Shown here in pieces: positions 1 through 42,363 of a DNA stretch of 64,000 bases. A program made the translations under genes and the position numbers. The notes below the pieces were generated by a model, which searched no databases, was not told the origin of the DNA, and worked only from the letters and a program-made list of their open reading frames with translations. The DNA is from Eledone cirrhosa (lineage: Eukaryota), in NCBI GenBank assembly GCA_964016885.1, contig OZ024746.1, forward strand, positions 25,606,001-25,670,000. Direction: 5' to 3'. Numbering within the stretch: position 1 is the stretch's first letter; every line of letters starts with the position of its first letter.

Positions 1-12
1 GACATACAAATA

Positions 13-297
13 CAGTGGAACCTCGGTTCACAAACAATTTTTCTGAATATAAAACATCTTGGTTTACGAATGGTGTCTCGAGTAATGAATATGCAAGCCA
101 ACAACAATGGTTGGCAACAAGCTTGGAGTATCAGCAGGAAAGCATCACTTGCTGTGTAGTTAGTTATGTCTTCCACACACAGTCTCTTTCTCTCTCTCTT
201 ACTATTTCATATGGGAAAAATAATTTTGGTTTTCAAACATTTCGGATGACAAATGGCCTTCAGGGAGGAATTAAGTTCATGAACAGGTGTTCCACTA
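13..297. mobile_element. Tigger/pogo-like MITE
   Basis: Imperfect TIRs CAGTGGAACCTCGGTTCAC... / ...GTTCATGAACAGGTGTTCCACTA flanked by TA. Confidence 0.65.
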
Positions 298-304
298 TAC
301 TTAG

Positions 305-1670
305 GAATCAATAAACTAGACAGGATGCAATAAACACAGATGAATGAAAAGATTAGAAAGGAATACTATAGATGGATTAAATTACTACTCAAAACAGAAC
401 TAAATGCAAAAGATAAGGTTAATGGCATCTAGCGATACCAGTAATAAACTAGCAGAAATAGATAGAAAAACAAGAAAAATAATGACTTCATTTAGAATAT
501 GCCATCCAAAATCAGATGTAGAAAAATTATACCTACCACAAACACAGGGAGGAAGGAGTCTTATGCAACTAGTAAACTATTATAAAAAAACTACTGTTGA
601 ACTACGAATATATCTAATGAAAAACAAAGGAAAGTTAATAGAAATAGTCACAAAACAGGAGCAAAATAAAAAATTGTTGTCTTCAAGGAAGTCAACAAAT
701 TTGAAACAAACTGGATTGACAGATAACTGAAGAAAATGAAAACAAAGAAGAAACAACAACAGGAATTGTGAAAAATCTAAAATCTAAATTGAAAACAGAC
801 CTCCAGAATGCCACTAAAATGATGGCAAGAAAAACCCTTACATAGCCACTACCCCAAAAAGCTGTGAGCAAAACTCACAAAACTGGCTACGAAGGACTGG
901 ACTAAAAGCCTAGATGAAAGGATTTCTAATTGCAGCACAAGATCAAAGCCTTCACACCAGAAACCACCAGAAGTGCATAATGAAGCAGAACACAGTAAGT
1001 AACTGCAGAATATGTGGAGGTGGAAAAGAAACAATTAACCACACTATCTCTGGCTGCCCAATCTTAGCCAAAAAGGAATATATCCACAGACATGATAGAG
1101 TTGGGATTTACATACCTTGGAAGTTATGCCAACACTCCAAAATACCAACAGAAAAACAATGGTACAGACATACATCAGGAAAGGTGTCAGAGACTGACAA
1201 AGCAACCATACTCAGATACACCAATACACAGACAGGGAGATCAAAGCCAACTGACTGGATATTATATTATTATATTCATAGACCACAAAGAAAAAGATGT
1301 CTTCTAATTGATTTATCAATCCCCACAGACGGCAATATATCTACGAAGGAAATGGAGAAACTAACCAAATATAAAAATCTAGAGATAGAAATAATGAGAA
1401 TGTGGATGATGAAAACAGAAACAATATTAATAGGTGTTCTTGGAATGATAAAAAAAGACACAGACAGATACATAACCAAAACCCACAAATACATACAGCA
1501 TACAAAAGAATAGCACTACTTAGGCATTGTACACATATTACAAAGAGTACTCTCAATGCAATAGAAACAACACCACCAAAAAGCACACAGCACATAGCCA
1601 CAGCAAACAGAACCGTATTCAATAATGCAGTGATGATGCACTATAAACATAAGACTAATACTAATAATCA
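305..1670 (+). mobile_element. 5'-truncated, decayed RLE non-LTR retrotransposon (R4/Dong-like)
   Basis: HPKSDVEKLYLPQTQGGR (post-RT), CRICG..ETINHTISGC..RHD zinc knuckle, LIDLSIP..EKLTKY restriction-like endonuclease; ends in (AAT)n-rich tract. Confidence 0.8.
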
Positions 1671-1679
1671 TAATAATAA

Positions 1680-2310
1680 TGGTTTCTGATTTAGGCACAA
1701 GGCCAACAATTTTGGGAGAAGAGGAAAGTCAATTAAATCAACCCCAGATCATTACTTTATTTTATGGACCCCGTAAGGATGAAAGGCAAATAACCATGGC
1801 AGGATTTGAACTCAGAATGTGAAGGTCTATAACTATGGAGCACATGTTGTCCGGCACTCCACTGATACTGTCAATGCACACCAATTAATAATAATAATGG
1901 TTTCTTATATAGGCACAAGGCCAGCAATTTTTGGGGGGAGGGAAAATTGATTAAATCAACCCCAGTGCGTGACTGGTACTTTATTTTATCAACTCCATAA
2001 GGATGAAAGACAAAGTTAACCTCGGCAGGATTTGAACTCAGATCATAAAGGGCCGTAACTCTATGCTGCAGAGCATGGCGTCCGACCCACTTCCAATACT
2101 GCCAATCCACCGCCCTTATTAATAATTGTTTCTACGTTAGGCACAAGGCCAGCAATTACCCAGTGCATTACTGGTACTTTAGTTTATCGACCCCGTAAGG
2201 ATGAAAGGCAAAGTTAACCTTGGCGGGATTTGAACTCAGAATGGCAAGGGCCGTAACTCTATGCGTCAAAGCATGGCATCCGACCCTCTACCGATACTGC
2301 CAATCCAATA
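1680..2310 (-). mobile_element. Cluster of three tRNA-derived SINE copies
   Basis: Repeated ...GAGTTCAAATCCYGCC(GAGG)TTAACTTTGCCTTTCATCC...AAAGTACCAGT...GGCCTTGTGCC body with B-box-like GTTCAAATC, separated by (AAT)n. Confidence 0.85.
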
Positions 2311-2332
2311 ATAATAAAAAAAGACTAATCAC

Positions 2333-31249
<28,917 letters not shown>

Positions 31250-31659
31250 CCAGTAGTTCTTAGCTAACTTACATAAGATTAATAACCATCACAACCAGAT
31301 ACTTTCTCTAATGTTATTCCTCTGTCCCAGCAGCTGCTTGTTAAACACTGAATAAATGCTGTTTGCCGGTCCTTGTCATCGCAGTGTGGTGAAGAAAAGC
31401 AGTTCAGAGATTCGTTAAGATTATAAACAACCATGTTATTGTTGTCTTCGTTTTTCTACAACATTTTCTTCTTCTTTGAATGAACCAAATAAATATATGG
31501 AGGTTACTGTACGATGAATATCTATTCTGAACACGACCACAATGCTTGTGAGAGGTGCCAGCGTAGAGAGAGAAACTACACTGATTCTCTCTAGTACAAT
31601 GGATGGAGTTAATTGACACTTTATTATATAACCATTTTTACTGACAACACAGAGTTTTC

Positions 31660-31667
31660 ACTTCCGG
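31660..31667. promoter_or_regulatory. ETS-type motif (ACTTCCGG) in the probable LONRF promoter
   Basis: Motif match ~410 bp upstream of the LONRF ATG in non-repetitive sequence; motif only. Confidence 0.3.
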
Positions 31668-34600
31668 GTCAACTGCGAATCCTTTTAATTTCACATGGTG
31701 CACTATCTTTATACACACACACATGGTAGTTTATCTATCTATCTACACACTGAGTTAAATTAACTCTCTGCAGACGCATTTTATATATATGTGTAGATAC
31801 AGGTTGTACATTATCTATTTACACATGCTATATTATCTTCCTACCCAGGTACATAAGGCCTCATCTTACATACATAGCTGTACAGCTTCCACTACATAGG
31901 CAACAGCCTCCTATTGTTAACGTGAAGTTTATTTTTACTCAATAAACGGGGATTTGCTGATAATTATCGATGGATTCTCAATATATTCAAGCTTTGTTAT
32001 CTTATATAATTAGAAAATTTCTTTACATTCGTATCTCCCACAGGCGATGCATACAATCGTGAAGGCGTGTGAAGTTTTATATGCGTGTAATACACACACA
32101 CACACACACACATATATATGTATGAGTGCGTGCGCGTATCTCCCCCTCTCTCTCCATATATAATAATAATAATAATAATATATATATATATGTGCGTGCA
32201 GAGGTTATATTTAATTTGTTGGGATTCAACAAGCTTAATTTTTTTTTTTATAACAGATATAAAGCACTCAACAGTTTAGTGGAGTAAATATACAATATAT
32301 TAACAAATGGAAACTATATTTATAAAACCATATTTATTTTATTATACATATTGCAAGGGCCACCAAGGCGAATTATGGTGCGCTTTCATCAGATAAAATA
32401 CAATACAGAATTAGTTTTATAAATAAATATTGACATACCCTGAAAAAAGACAACCTTAACGGTTGGAGCTTCCTGGATAAATATAGTTTCCATTTGTTAA
32501 TATATTGTATATATATATATATATATATATACACAATGAGGTCGTTCGCCTTGCTAAAAATAGCATCACCACCACCACCTCACCCCAATTAGACCCTACT
32601 GTTTTTTTAAGGGCATTTTGGATAATGTCTGAGACATACAAAGACTGGTTCGTCACAGCTGGAATGCATTTGATCATAAATCTGCTCGATCTGGGGTTAA
32701 ACACTTATGAACGAAATATATGTCCACAGATTCCACCATACCTTCAACAGTTTAACTATTTATGGGACATTAAAACTCGAAACAAGTCAACGAAAATATT
32801 TTGTCAGATTCACTGGAATACACACGTTAGGGCTAGGAATGGGATTAGACTTCGGGTTACAGTTTATGTTGGGGTTAGGATTAGGGTTTTCTGGTTGGCT
32901 CATGTGTGTGTGTGTGTGTGTGAGCGGAACATGAAATGAATCCAGTGATTGGGAACAGATTTTTTAATTTTATTATTTTGAGCTCGATTGTCACCGATAC
33001 CCAATAATATTAACGTGAGGGTGCTTCGCTATTCCAGCGCCTTAGCCTCACTGTCATTCAGCCTTACTGAACTATTAGGTGAGGGTGCTTCGTTATTCCA
33101 GTCCTTACTGAAGTATCGGGTGAGGATGCTTGGCTATTCTAGTACCCCAGTCTCACAATCATCCGCGGAAGTCTTGGCTTACCTAAACAATATTTAGAAG
33201 CCAACACTAACATTCCCTGTTGTAGTGTCATTCAGTCTATATGTTCTTTTTTTCTGATTAATTTTTATGGATTTGTTTTTGTAAATCATATTCATTATAT
33301 AAAAGCCATAGCCATTACATAAATTGTTATATGTAAACCATACCCATTATATAGATTGTGTTTATATGTAAATCGTAGTCATTATATAGTGTACGTCGGA
33401 CATGCTTTGCGGTATGTAGTTACGTCCCTTTAATTTCTGAGTTCAAATCACTCTGAGGTTAGTTTTACCTTTCATTCACACGGGGTTTATAAAAAGCACT
33501 AGTAATGCTCTGAGGTCGATTAATTCTTTCCCCACCAAAACTGCTGGCCTTGTGCTAAAATTAAAAACCATTATATAAATTGTGTTTAAATGTAAATCAT
33601 ATTTCTTATATAAATCATGTTCATGTGTTGAAAATGTTAAACATGTATATATGTATATTCCATGAGTATATTTATTGATAAAAACATCGTGATAAGGAAC
33701 AAAAAAAAGTAATTTCATATTCATAGTTTAATTCTCTTATAACTTTTAAAAAAGCAATTCATATTGTGGTCGCTGTTTAGCCTAAGCATGCCCTGACTAA
33801 GCAGATATGTGATTGAAAGCATTCCAGCAATGACCAACCCGCCTTTATTATTATTATTTTTTTGTGTGTTACGGCCCTTGCCATTCTGAGTTCAAATCCC
33901 GTCGAGGTTAACTTTGCCTTTCATCCTAACGGGGGGTCGAAAAATAAAGTACCAGTAATACACTGGGATAATTGCTGGCCTTGTGCCTATTGTAGAAACA
34001 ATTATTTTTTTGTGCGTCATATATCTATTAATGGAAAATTTGACTGCTATTTTTAGCAAATGAAATGACCACAAAAACTCTCCGTGTTATACAGTCGTCA
34101 TTTTAGGTACGTAATTTATTAGTTATAGAATATTCTTTTATTTATTTTTACTGGTTTCAGTTATTAGACAGAGGTTATGCTGGGGCAGTTTCAAAAAAGG
34201 TTCAGTCGCACTAGTACATATTTCAAATCTGGTACGTATTTTATCGATCTCTTTTGTGTCGAACCGCTACATTACGGGACATAAACAAAGACACACATAC
34301 ACATTGCGCGTGACGGGCTTCTACACAGTTTCCGTCTACCAAATTCCATTTACAAGGCATTGGTCAACTTGAGGCGATAGAAGAAAACATTTTGCTGAAG
34401 GTGCCATGTAGTAGGACTAAAACTGAAACCATGTGGTTATGAAGCGAATTCCTTCACCACACAGCCATGCCTGCGCTAAACAATATATAAAGCCAATTCC
34501 TAGAAAACACACCAAAGAAAATTTTGTACAGACTAAAATTCTTCTCTAATTTTAACGAATGAATTTTTAATTTAAATAATTGTTTCTACTTTTGGCACAA

Positions 34601-36449
34601 GGCCAGCAATTAACCAGTGCATTGCTGGTACTTTATTTTATAGACCCCCGTCAGGATGAAAGGCAAAGTTAACCTCGGCGGGATTTGAACTCAGAATGGC
34701 AAGGGGCGTAACTCTATGCGTCAAAGCATGGCGTCCGACCCTCTACCGATACTGCCATTCCAAATAATTGCTATTAGGTTGTTCAGAAATTAATGTAGTT
34801 TCTGTTTTATTTGTTTCAACATTTTTTTTTTTTTTAGAATAAAAACTCTCGTAAGGTATGTAATATTATATATTATTTTAAAACTTATTTTATACTCTTT
34901 CTTTGGCATTTTTGTCAATTTTCAGATCTTTGAAGTTAAATGTCAAAACAGGATTTTTGCCAAATTTATTTCTGAGTTTAAACTCAGTCGCAGTGCAGCA
35001 GAATCGGCTAGAAACATCAATGACGTTTGTGGCCAAGGAAGTGTAAATAAATGCACAATGCAACGTTGTTTTCAAAAATTCCGTCGCGGTGAATTCACTC
35101 TCGAAGATAAGGAATGTCGTGGTTGTCCTACTGCCATTGACGAATGCTTTGGTGGGAGCAAATCCTTGCACAACTGTTCGAGAGCTTTCAGGAAAGTTAG
35201 ATGCAAATATTGAAACAATTTCAGAATATTTGAACCGAATTGGAAAGTTGAAAAAGCTTGAAAAATGGGTACCACACAAATTGAACAAAAACCATAAAAT
35301 CACTGTTATGAAGTCCACTCTTTGTTTCTTTTGCACATCAAAAACGATCCAAGAAGGGTACCGGTTAATGAGGAGGGCACCGAATTGAGCCACGCACCGC
35401 TGTTTGGCTGCGAAGCGGATCGAAGGCGAAGCAGTGTTGGTCCAAGCCAGACTCGATCCTCCTGAAGGAAGACCTGCATTTGATGACGTCCTAATTAAGT
35501 TGGACATTTGTATACTGTGGGACAGAGAGGCCACTCGGCCAGAGCCTGCTGAAGCTTTGGAGCTACGTCAAGTTCGGCTGTGTTGCTGAGGTCTTTGATC
35601 GTGATGAAAAGTGGATCCTATAACAACAACCAACGACGTTCAACACAGTGTTTGGACAAGTTTCCATACATTACACAAAACCGAAATTGTGCCAAAGAAA
35701 GTTATGATGACAGTTTGATGGTGCTCAAGAGGATCAATCCACTACAGCTTTCTGAATCATGGTAAAACAACCACAGCAACGTATTGTCACAAAATCAATG
35801 AAATGCATAAAATAAATTGCAGCGTATGTGTCCAGCATTGGTCAATAGAAAAGGTCCACTTGTTTTGCATGACAACGCTCAACCACTCATCACATAACCT
35901 CCCCAAAAAAAATCCCTTCGAAGAACTCAGAGCCACTAGAATTTCAGAATTCTATAAACTTATATCTTGGCAAAAATTCTAATACCCTCATATTTTTTTA
36001 TTTTTATTTTTAATTTTGACTAATAAAGTTTATTCTGGACTGAGATATGTCACTTCGAAATTACTGTTTAAAAATCTGCATTAATTTTGTGGGTATGGTG
36101 AGGTGTGCGATGGCCGGAGGCTGGGGAGTGCTCGACTGGAAGAGTGCTTGACCGGAAGGGTGCTCGACCGGAAGGGCCAGCGGGTCTGCCTCTCTCTAGG
36201 GTGGTCAGCGAAGGTGGTGGATGTCAGTTTCGAAGCTCCCGGTTAACGAGTTGGATTGTACGCATGTGGGAGAGGAGAAACCAGCCATTGGATTAGCGGT
36301 AAGTGAAGTAGCTTTTTCTAACCACAAGCTATTTCGGCACTGGAAGAGGATAAAAAAAAAAAAAAAAAGAACTTTCTCGAAAACAAAGCTACTGGAACAG
36401 AGAGGAGTCTGTTGTTTTTTTATTACTTACTGCAGGACAAAATTAGGAT

Positions 36450-37214
36450 ATGGCGACGAGATTACGAATGAGCGTAAAAGCGATTAGAGCATTTACCGGT
36501 GAAGGCGATGTTGTCACCTGGTTGCGAAAAGTCCGGCTGGTCGCAAGATTACAGAAGATAGAAGATGTGGCTGGCCTCATGGCACTGTACCTTGAAGGGG
36601 ATGCGTTGGCACTCTTCCTAGAGATGGATGAACACAGCCAAAGGGATGCGCAAAAGATTGAGAGGCATATGATGGAAGCATTCGCGGAAGGACCGTTAGC
36701 CGCTTTTGCTAAGCTGGCAATGATTAGATGGAACGGTGAACGCGTTGACATTTTCGCAGCAGAAATACGGCGATTGGCCATGTTGGCTGGATATCAGGTG
36801 GAATGCGAATGCACGGTGTGGTTGGCGTTCATAAATGGATTTCCAGATGACATAGCGGTGAAACTGCAGCAACTCCCGGGTTACAAGGAAATGGAGATGC
36901 GTGAACTGGTGGAGCAAGCCCGCATCATAGCAGAAGATGCCAAGAAGAATGTCACGGCGATAGCAATGACAGAGGCTCAAGGCAGCTGGCAGCGAAATGG
37001 TGAAAGGGAGGCAACCACGGCACGCGGTCGCCCGTGAACGTTTAGAGGTCGCTGTTTTAGGTGCCAGGGCCCGCACATGGCGAAAGACTGTAGAGAGTCA
37101 AGGCCGGACAAAATATGCTACTGGTGTAAGCGATCAGGCCACATCGCTACTAGCTGTGACCAGGGAAATGATCCAAGGGGAACTACTGCGCCGGTAGCTG
37201 CCCCTTACGAGTAG
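36450..37214 (+). pseudogene. gag of the Gypsy element (premature TGA at 37035-37037 before the zinc knuckles)
   Basis: FTGEGDVVTWL...LYLEGDA; in-frame read-through gives CFRCQGPHMAKDC and CYWCKRSGHIATSC. Confidence 0.85.
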
Positions 37215-39991
37215 AGGCACTGCCTGTGGTGAAAGTCAGTGAGGGGAAAGCCACAGCGAAACCTCGTGGACACAGGCTGTATGATGATACTGGTGACCGT
37301 CGGGGTGGCGCAGAGGTGGAGAGGGAAGAGCAGCGTAAGGGCAGTCGACGGTAGGAATATTGAATGCCGAGATCGCAGCGAGGTGGAGATGGCGGTATGG
37401 GGAAAGAAAATAAGGCTTTCTGCCATCGTAGTCGACAACATGGTGGATGGGATCGGCGTAGTTATGGGCATGGACGCAATTGGCCGTCTAGGAGGCGTCA
37501 CAGTGAACAACGTCGGTGTGTGGTTTGGCGGCGCCGCATTGGTATGTGCTGTGAGACAGGAGAACCAGAAGGCCCACGAGGAGAAATATCCCGCTTACAC
37601 TGTACAGGACAAAGACTTCAAGACCGTGTTCAATGGGCAACGATGGGTTGTTGAGTGGTAGTGGAAGGGAGAACCACTAACACTGAAGACCAAAGTGGGC
37701 TGCTATCAACACACATTGAAGGGAGACATTAGGAGCGAGTTTGAGCGAGCGGTAGAGAGATGGATTGAAGGGGACATACTGCTTTCCTGGAAAGAGGAGG
37801 TGAAGTGCAGAGTATTGCCGTTAATGGTGGTGGCGCAACCCATGAAGAACAAGGTACTGGACTTTCGGGAGCTGAACGAGCACGTGTCATGCCACACGGG
37901 TGGCAAGGTCACGGATGTTTGTGGGGAAACCCTGCGTGAGTGGAGACACATGATGGGGGCTTCCGCAATCATCGATCTAAAGTTGGCATACTTACAATTA
38001 CACATAGATGAGAAGCTCTGGCAGTATCAGCTGGTCAGGTATAAGGGCCGGACATATTGCCTGACCAGGCTCGGTTTCGGACTGAGCTCTGCACCGAAGA
38101 TCATGGCGGCGGTCCTCAAGACCATTCTGGGAAAGGCCAACAAGATGAAGAGGGTCACTAATTCCTACACATACGACATCATAGTGGACGAGTCTGTAGT
38201 GTCGGCGGCCGAGGTCACAAGCCATTTACAGGGGTATGGACTGGCTGCGAAGCCGTCAGAAGTGTTGAAGGGAGGAGCCACGCTGGGACTTAGGCTACGG
38301 CGAGACAGGACGGGCGTGTTAGTATTCCAGAGTGGAAATGAAGTTCCAGAACTGGGCCTAAGTATGAGTAGGCGGGAGCTTTTCTCGGCATGTGGAAAGT
38401 TGGTGGGTCACTACCCGATTGCTGGGTGGCTCCGGACGGCATGCAGCTATGTCAAGAGATGAGCGGGTGGGGTGACTTGGAGTGACAGAGTGGGAGAGAG
38501 GACGGTGGCCATGATGCAGGAGATTGTGGAGAGGGTAAAGGGTGACGACCCAGTGCGGGGACGCTGGTATGTTACCAAATCGCAGAGCGAGACCGTATGG
38601 TGCAATGCCAGCAGCATAGCGCTAGGTGTCACGTTGGAGATAGGAGGTGTTGAGGTTGAGGATGCAGCCTGGTTTAGGAAGAAGGACGATTGCAACCACA
38701 TCAATGTGGCCGAACTGGACCCGGTGTTGAGAGGGATGAACCTCGCCCTGAGGTGGGGACTGCGCACCATCGAGATTCGCACCGACTCGGCTACTGTACT
38801 CGGATGGGTGAGATCAGTGCTCACCAGTGAGAAGAGAGTGCGAACGAGAGGGGCGGCGGGGATGCTGATAAAGCGCCGCCTGGGAACTTTAGGAGAGCTG
38901 GCCACCGAGTTCGACCCGAGGCTGAGCGTAGTTTTCGTTCCCTCAGAGAAAAATAGGGCGGACGTTTTAATCAGGGTGAAGAAACCCTGGATGGAAGCGC
39001 TGGAGGATGTAGAAGAGGAGATAGCTGCCGTGTGTCGGCTGACCGAGTTGGATCTGAAAGGGTGGCATGACATGCACCACATAGGACTCTGTTCCTAGCC
39101 AGGAGAATCGACTCGGACGTTAGCAGACACAGTGTTCAAAGAGTGGTTAGAGGCTGCACCCGATGTCAGTCCATTGATCTTGCCCCGGGTGTGCACGGAA
39201 CGGGAAGCCTCCCGGTGGATCGCGACTGGAAGCGATTGGCGGTGGATGTAACACACTACCAACAAGGAACATACCTCTCAATGGTCGACTGTGGACCGGG
39301 ACGGATGGTGATATGGAGGGAGATGAAGATTGGAACGGCCGAGGAAATTACGCGGGCGTTGAGAGAGGTGTTCTTGGAGCGGGGCCCTGTGGACGAACTG
39401 CTGATGGACAACAGTGCAGCGTTCCGCTCGGAGGCGCTGAGGGAGATGCTCGATGGATGAAAGGTGGACCGTTTCTTCAGAGCAGCATACAGGCCGAGCG
39501 GAAATGGAATCGTGGAGCGACACCACTGGACGATCAAAGCAATGGCGGAGCGGGGCCACATCTCACCAATGGAGGCAGTTTTCTGGTACAAGATGTCTCC
39601 TCAGGTGGGACAGGTTGAGGAATCAGTGCCACACAGAGCAGTATTCAGATACAAGTGGCGGCACCCGTGCACGCCACCACAATGGCCAGCGGGGAGAGAG
39701 AATGCATTCGTGCAGGTGGGCGAAGAAGTCTGGGTTAAGCCCCCAGATGCACGTTGCACATCTCAATGGGGAAGGGGAATGGTGACAGCCGTAAATTCCC
39801 AGAACAATGTGTCCGTGGACGGAGTACATCATGTCCTGGATGTCCATAGAATTACTGTGTCAACGGACTCCAAGGAAGAGGAAACCCAAAGTGCCGCCCC
39901 AACACTGCGTAGATCGCAAAGAAGTCGCAAACCACCAATCTGGACAGCAGACTTTCATATGCAGCAGGACGAGGGGGAAATTGATCCTTGA
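37215..39991 (+). pseudogene. pol (PR-RT-RNase H-IN) of the Gypsy element, interrupted
   Basis: LVDTGC; IIDLKLAYLQL, LTRLGFGLSSAP, degenerate YxDD (SYTYDII); WCNAS/HINVAEL/TDS/NRAD; HH..CTRC, DVT, MDN, GNGIVER. Confidence 0.88.
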
Positions 39992-40679
39992 GATGGGGGG
40001 GGGGGGGGGGGGGGTGGAGGCTGGGGAGTGCTCGACCAGAAGAGTTGCTCAACCGGCAGGGTGCTTGACCGGAAGGGCCAGCAGGTCTGCCTCTCTCTAG
40101 GGTGGTCAGCGAAGGTGGTGGACGCCAGTTTCGAAGCTCCCGGTTAATAAGTTGGATTGTACGCACGTGGGAGAGGAGAAACCAGCCATTGGATTAGCGG
40201 TGCCAGCAATAAGCGGTAAGTGAAGTAGCTTTTTCTAACCACAAATTTCTTTGATAGACCTATTTTAAGGTTCCATTAATGTGAAAGTAAAAACATAACG
40301 TTAACAACGAAGCATACGTTTTGTTTCAGCGGAAAGAGCAAAACGTATATATCTTGTGTATATACACTATCATAAAAATACAGACGTATTGGTTTTCTGT
40401 TTGTGGATATACGAGTACACTGTGCGTATATTTATTGTCAGATAAACAAAAAGAACGAAATATGAATACAATTTCCATTACATTTAACACAATCTGTTTT
40501 TCTATGACTATTTTAATCATAAAAGAGTTGAACACCACCTAGAGACAACGCTATCCACTTTTTCTGTCTACAGAGGTTTATGTACCTAACTTACTTGACT
40601 ACTTTACAGTTAAACCCGTGTTGTAGCAGCATACAATAAACTAATATACGTTGTGTGTGTGTGTATTTTGGGAGGGGAG

Positions 40680-41020
40680 GGGGTACATTTACATACTGCC
40701 TGGATCTATTACGAGTTTTGATGGAGGAGGGCTACATTTTACATCTGGCCTGGGCCTATTACCAGCTTTGGTGGGGGGGGGGAGGGGTCCTGCATTTTGC
40801 ATCTGACCTGCACCTAATACCAGCTTTGGGGGGTCCTATATTTTACATCTGGCCTCGATATATTACCAGCTTTGGGGGCCCACATTTTACATCTGGTCTG
40901 GACCATTGACCGGTTTGGGTGGGGGTGGGTGTCATCCATTTTACATCTGACCTGATCTTTTTTGCCATATTTTTGGGTGCTTACGTTTTACATCTGGGAC
41001 AGGCCTATTTTCAGTTTTAG
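40680..41020. repeat. Degenerate tandem repeat (~40-bp, TTTTACATCTGGCCTGG...TTACCAGCTTTGGGG)
   Basis: Seven or more recurrences of TTTACATCTG. Confidence 0.75.
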
Positions 41021-41269
41021 AAGGGCCTGATCATAAAGTCAGCAAATCTATGCAGGAATCCATTAATAATGAATTGAGTGTCTTATTCTTTCTACTGCAG
41101 CAAACAATAATGTTTTACTACAACTTTCCAGGTTTTTTTTTTTTTTTTGGTGTGTCTGGCTTAGCGAATGACATGAATTATTCACAAAACCACTCTAGTT
41201 AACACAGTTCTGCTTGTTTCAAGTCTGGCAACATTTGGAGGTAATTATTGAAATGAAGATGAACTCCTG

Positions 41270-41318
<49 letters not shown>

Positions 41319-41891
41319 AAATCACTGTTTAACGTCCATTTTTCAGTTGCATGGGTTAGATGGGTTGTCAGCAGGGCCGGATTTAGATTTGATGAGGCCC
41401 TAAGCTATAGCTTGTTTAGCTTATACGTAAATCCCACTCTGGTTGTCAAAGTATGAGACAAGTCAGGTCCAGAGACCACATCCTTCTCATATGGATTTGT
41501 GTGTGTGTGTATGTGTGTATATAATAAAATGTTGTAGTTTGCTTGAAGCATTGTATATAATATATAACATTGAAAGAGATAGAAGACTAAACAATGCAAA
41601 ATGGACTGTAAGATGAGGTAACAAAAAGTAAAAGTAAATTACCTGCTAATCTTTGTTTTGTTGTTGTTCTTTTATCTGTCCAATATTTCAAGGTTTAAGG
41701 AACTTTCAGTGGATAATGTTCCAATTTCCTCTCTTTGGGATTACATTTTGATTTTGATTAAAAATATTTCTAAGTCGTTTTCAAGTGTTTTTTTTAATGG
41801 TTATTTCGCTTTCCACATGAATGACATCAATTGCCAATATAGTATTTCGCCTGTGAGTGTGTCTTTTTATGTCAAGTACTGTGTGCTGAGT

Positions 41892-41922
<31 letters not shown>

Positions 41923-42363
41923 CATATATATATACACACACACACATACATGTATAAACATCTACAAGACACAAACTGCCTGAAGCCTATTATATATATC
42001 ACTAATCATCATCATTTAATGTCCACTTTCCTCACTAGCAAGGGTTGACAAGTCATCATAGACTAAGTCAGAACTTAAAGCTACTGACCTCTCAGACAGC
42101 CTGCAGTTCACTTACATATATTCCCCACATTCTACCAAGTGCAGCAATTGTATTTTATCATGGCACTGGCATTAGGGAGATTACCATGTCTTTGACACAA
42201 CTGAAGAATCCTCCCAACTTTTCGTTTGGTAAAATTTCTGTAGTTGGATACCCTTCCTATCACCAACCACTTTATAGGGTGCTCGTAGTGGGTGCATTTA
42301 TTATGCAAGTCACCAATATTGGAGTTGTCATACCACTAATACAACTGACCTGATATATATATA

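Larger units (their letters stand above)
36088..40243 (+). mobile_element. Ty3/Gypsy LTR retrotransposon, near full length with nonsense/frameshift lesions
   Basis: TGT...ACA ends, AATTT 5-bp TSD (36083-87, 40244-48), LTRs 36088-36326 and ~40015-40243, poly-G PPT, gag with two zinc knuckles, protease LVDTGC, RT, RNase H, integrase (RT-RH-IN order). Confidence 0.93.
34774..40263 (+). mobile_element. Decayed mariner transposon (body 34774-36087, right TIR split by LTR insertion)
   Basis: TA + TIR TTAGGTTGTTCAGAAATTAATGTAG; transposase remnants WVPHKL, DEKW, HDNA; right TIR pieces CTGCATTAATTT (ending 36087) and CTTTGATAGACCTA (40249-40262). Confidence 0.82.

Noticed and set aside
32826-32890. 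Telomere-like TTAGGG repeats
   Set aside because: Only scattered degenerate units, more consistent with the internal low-complexity part of a dispersed repeat.
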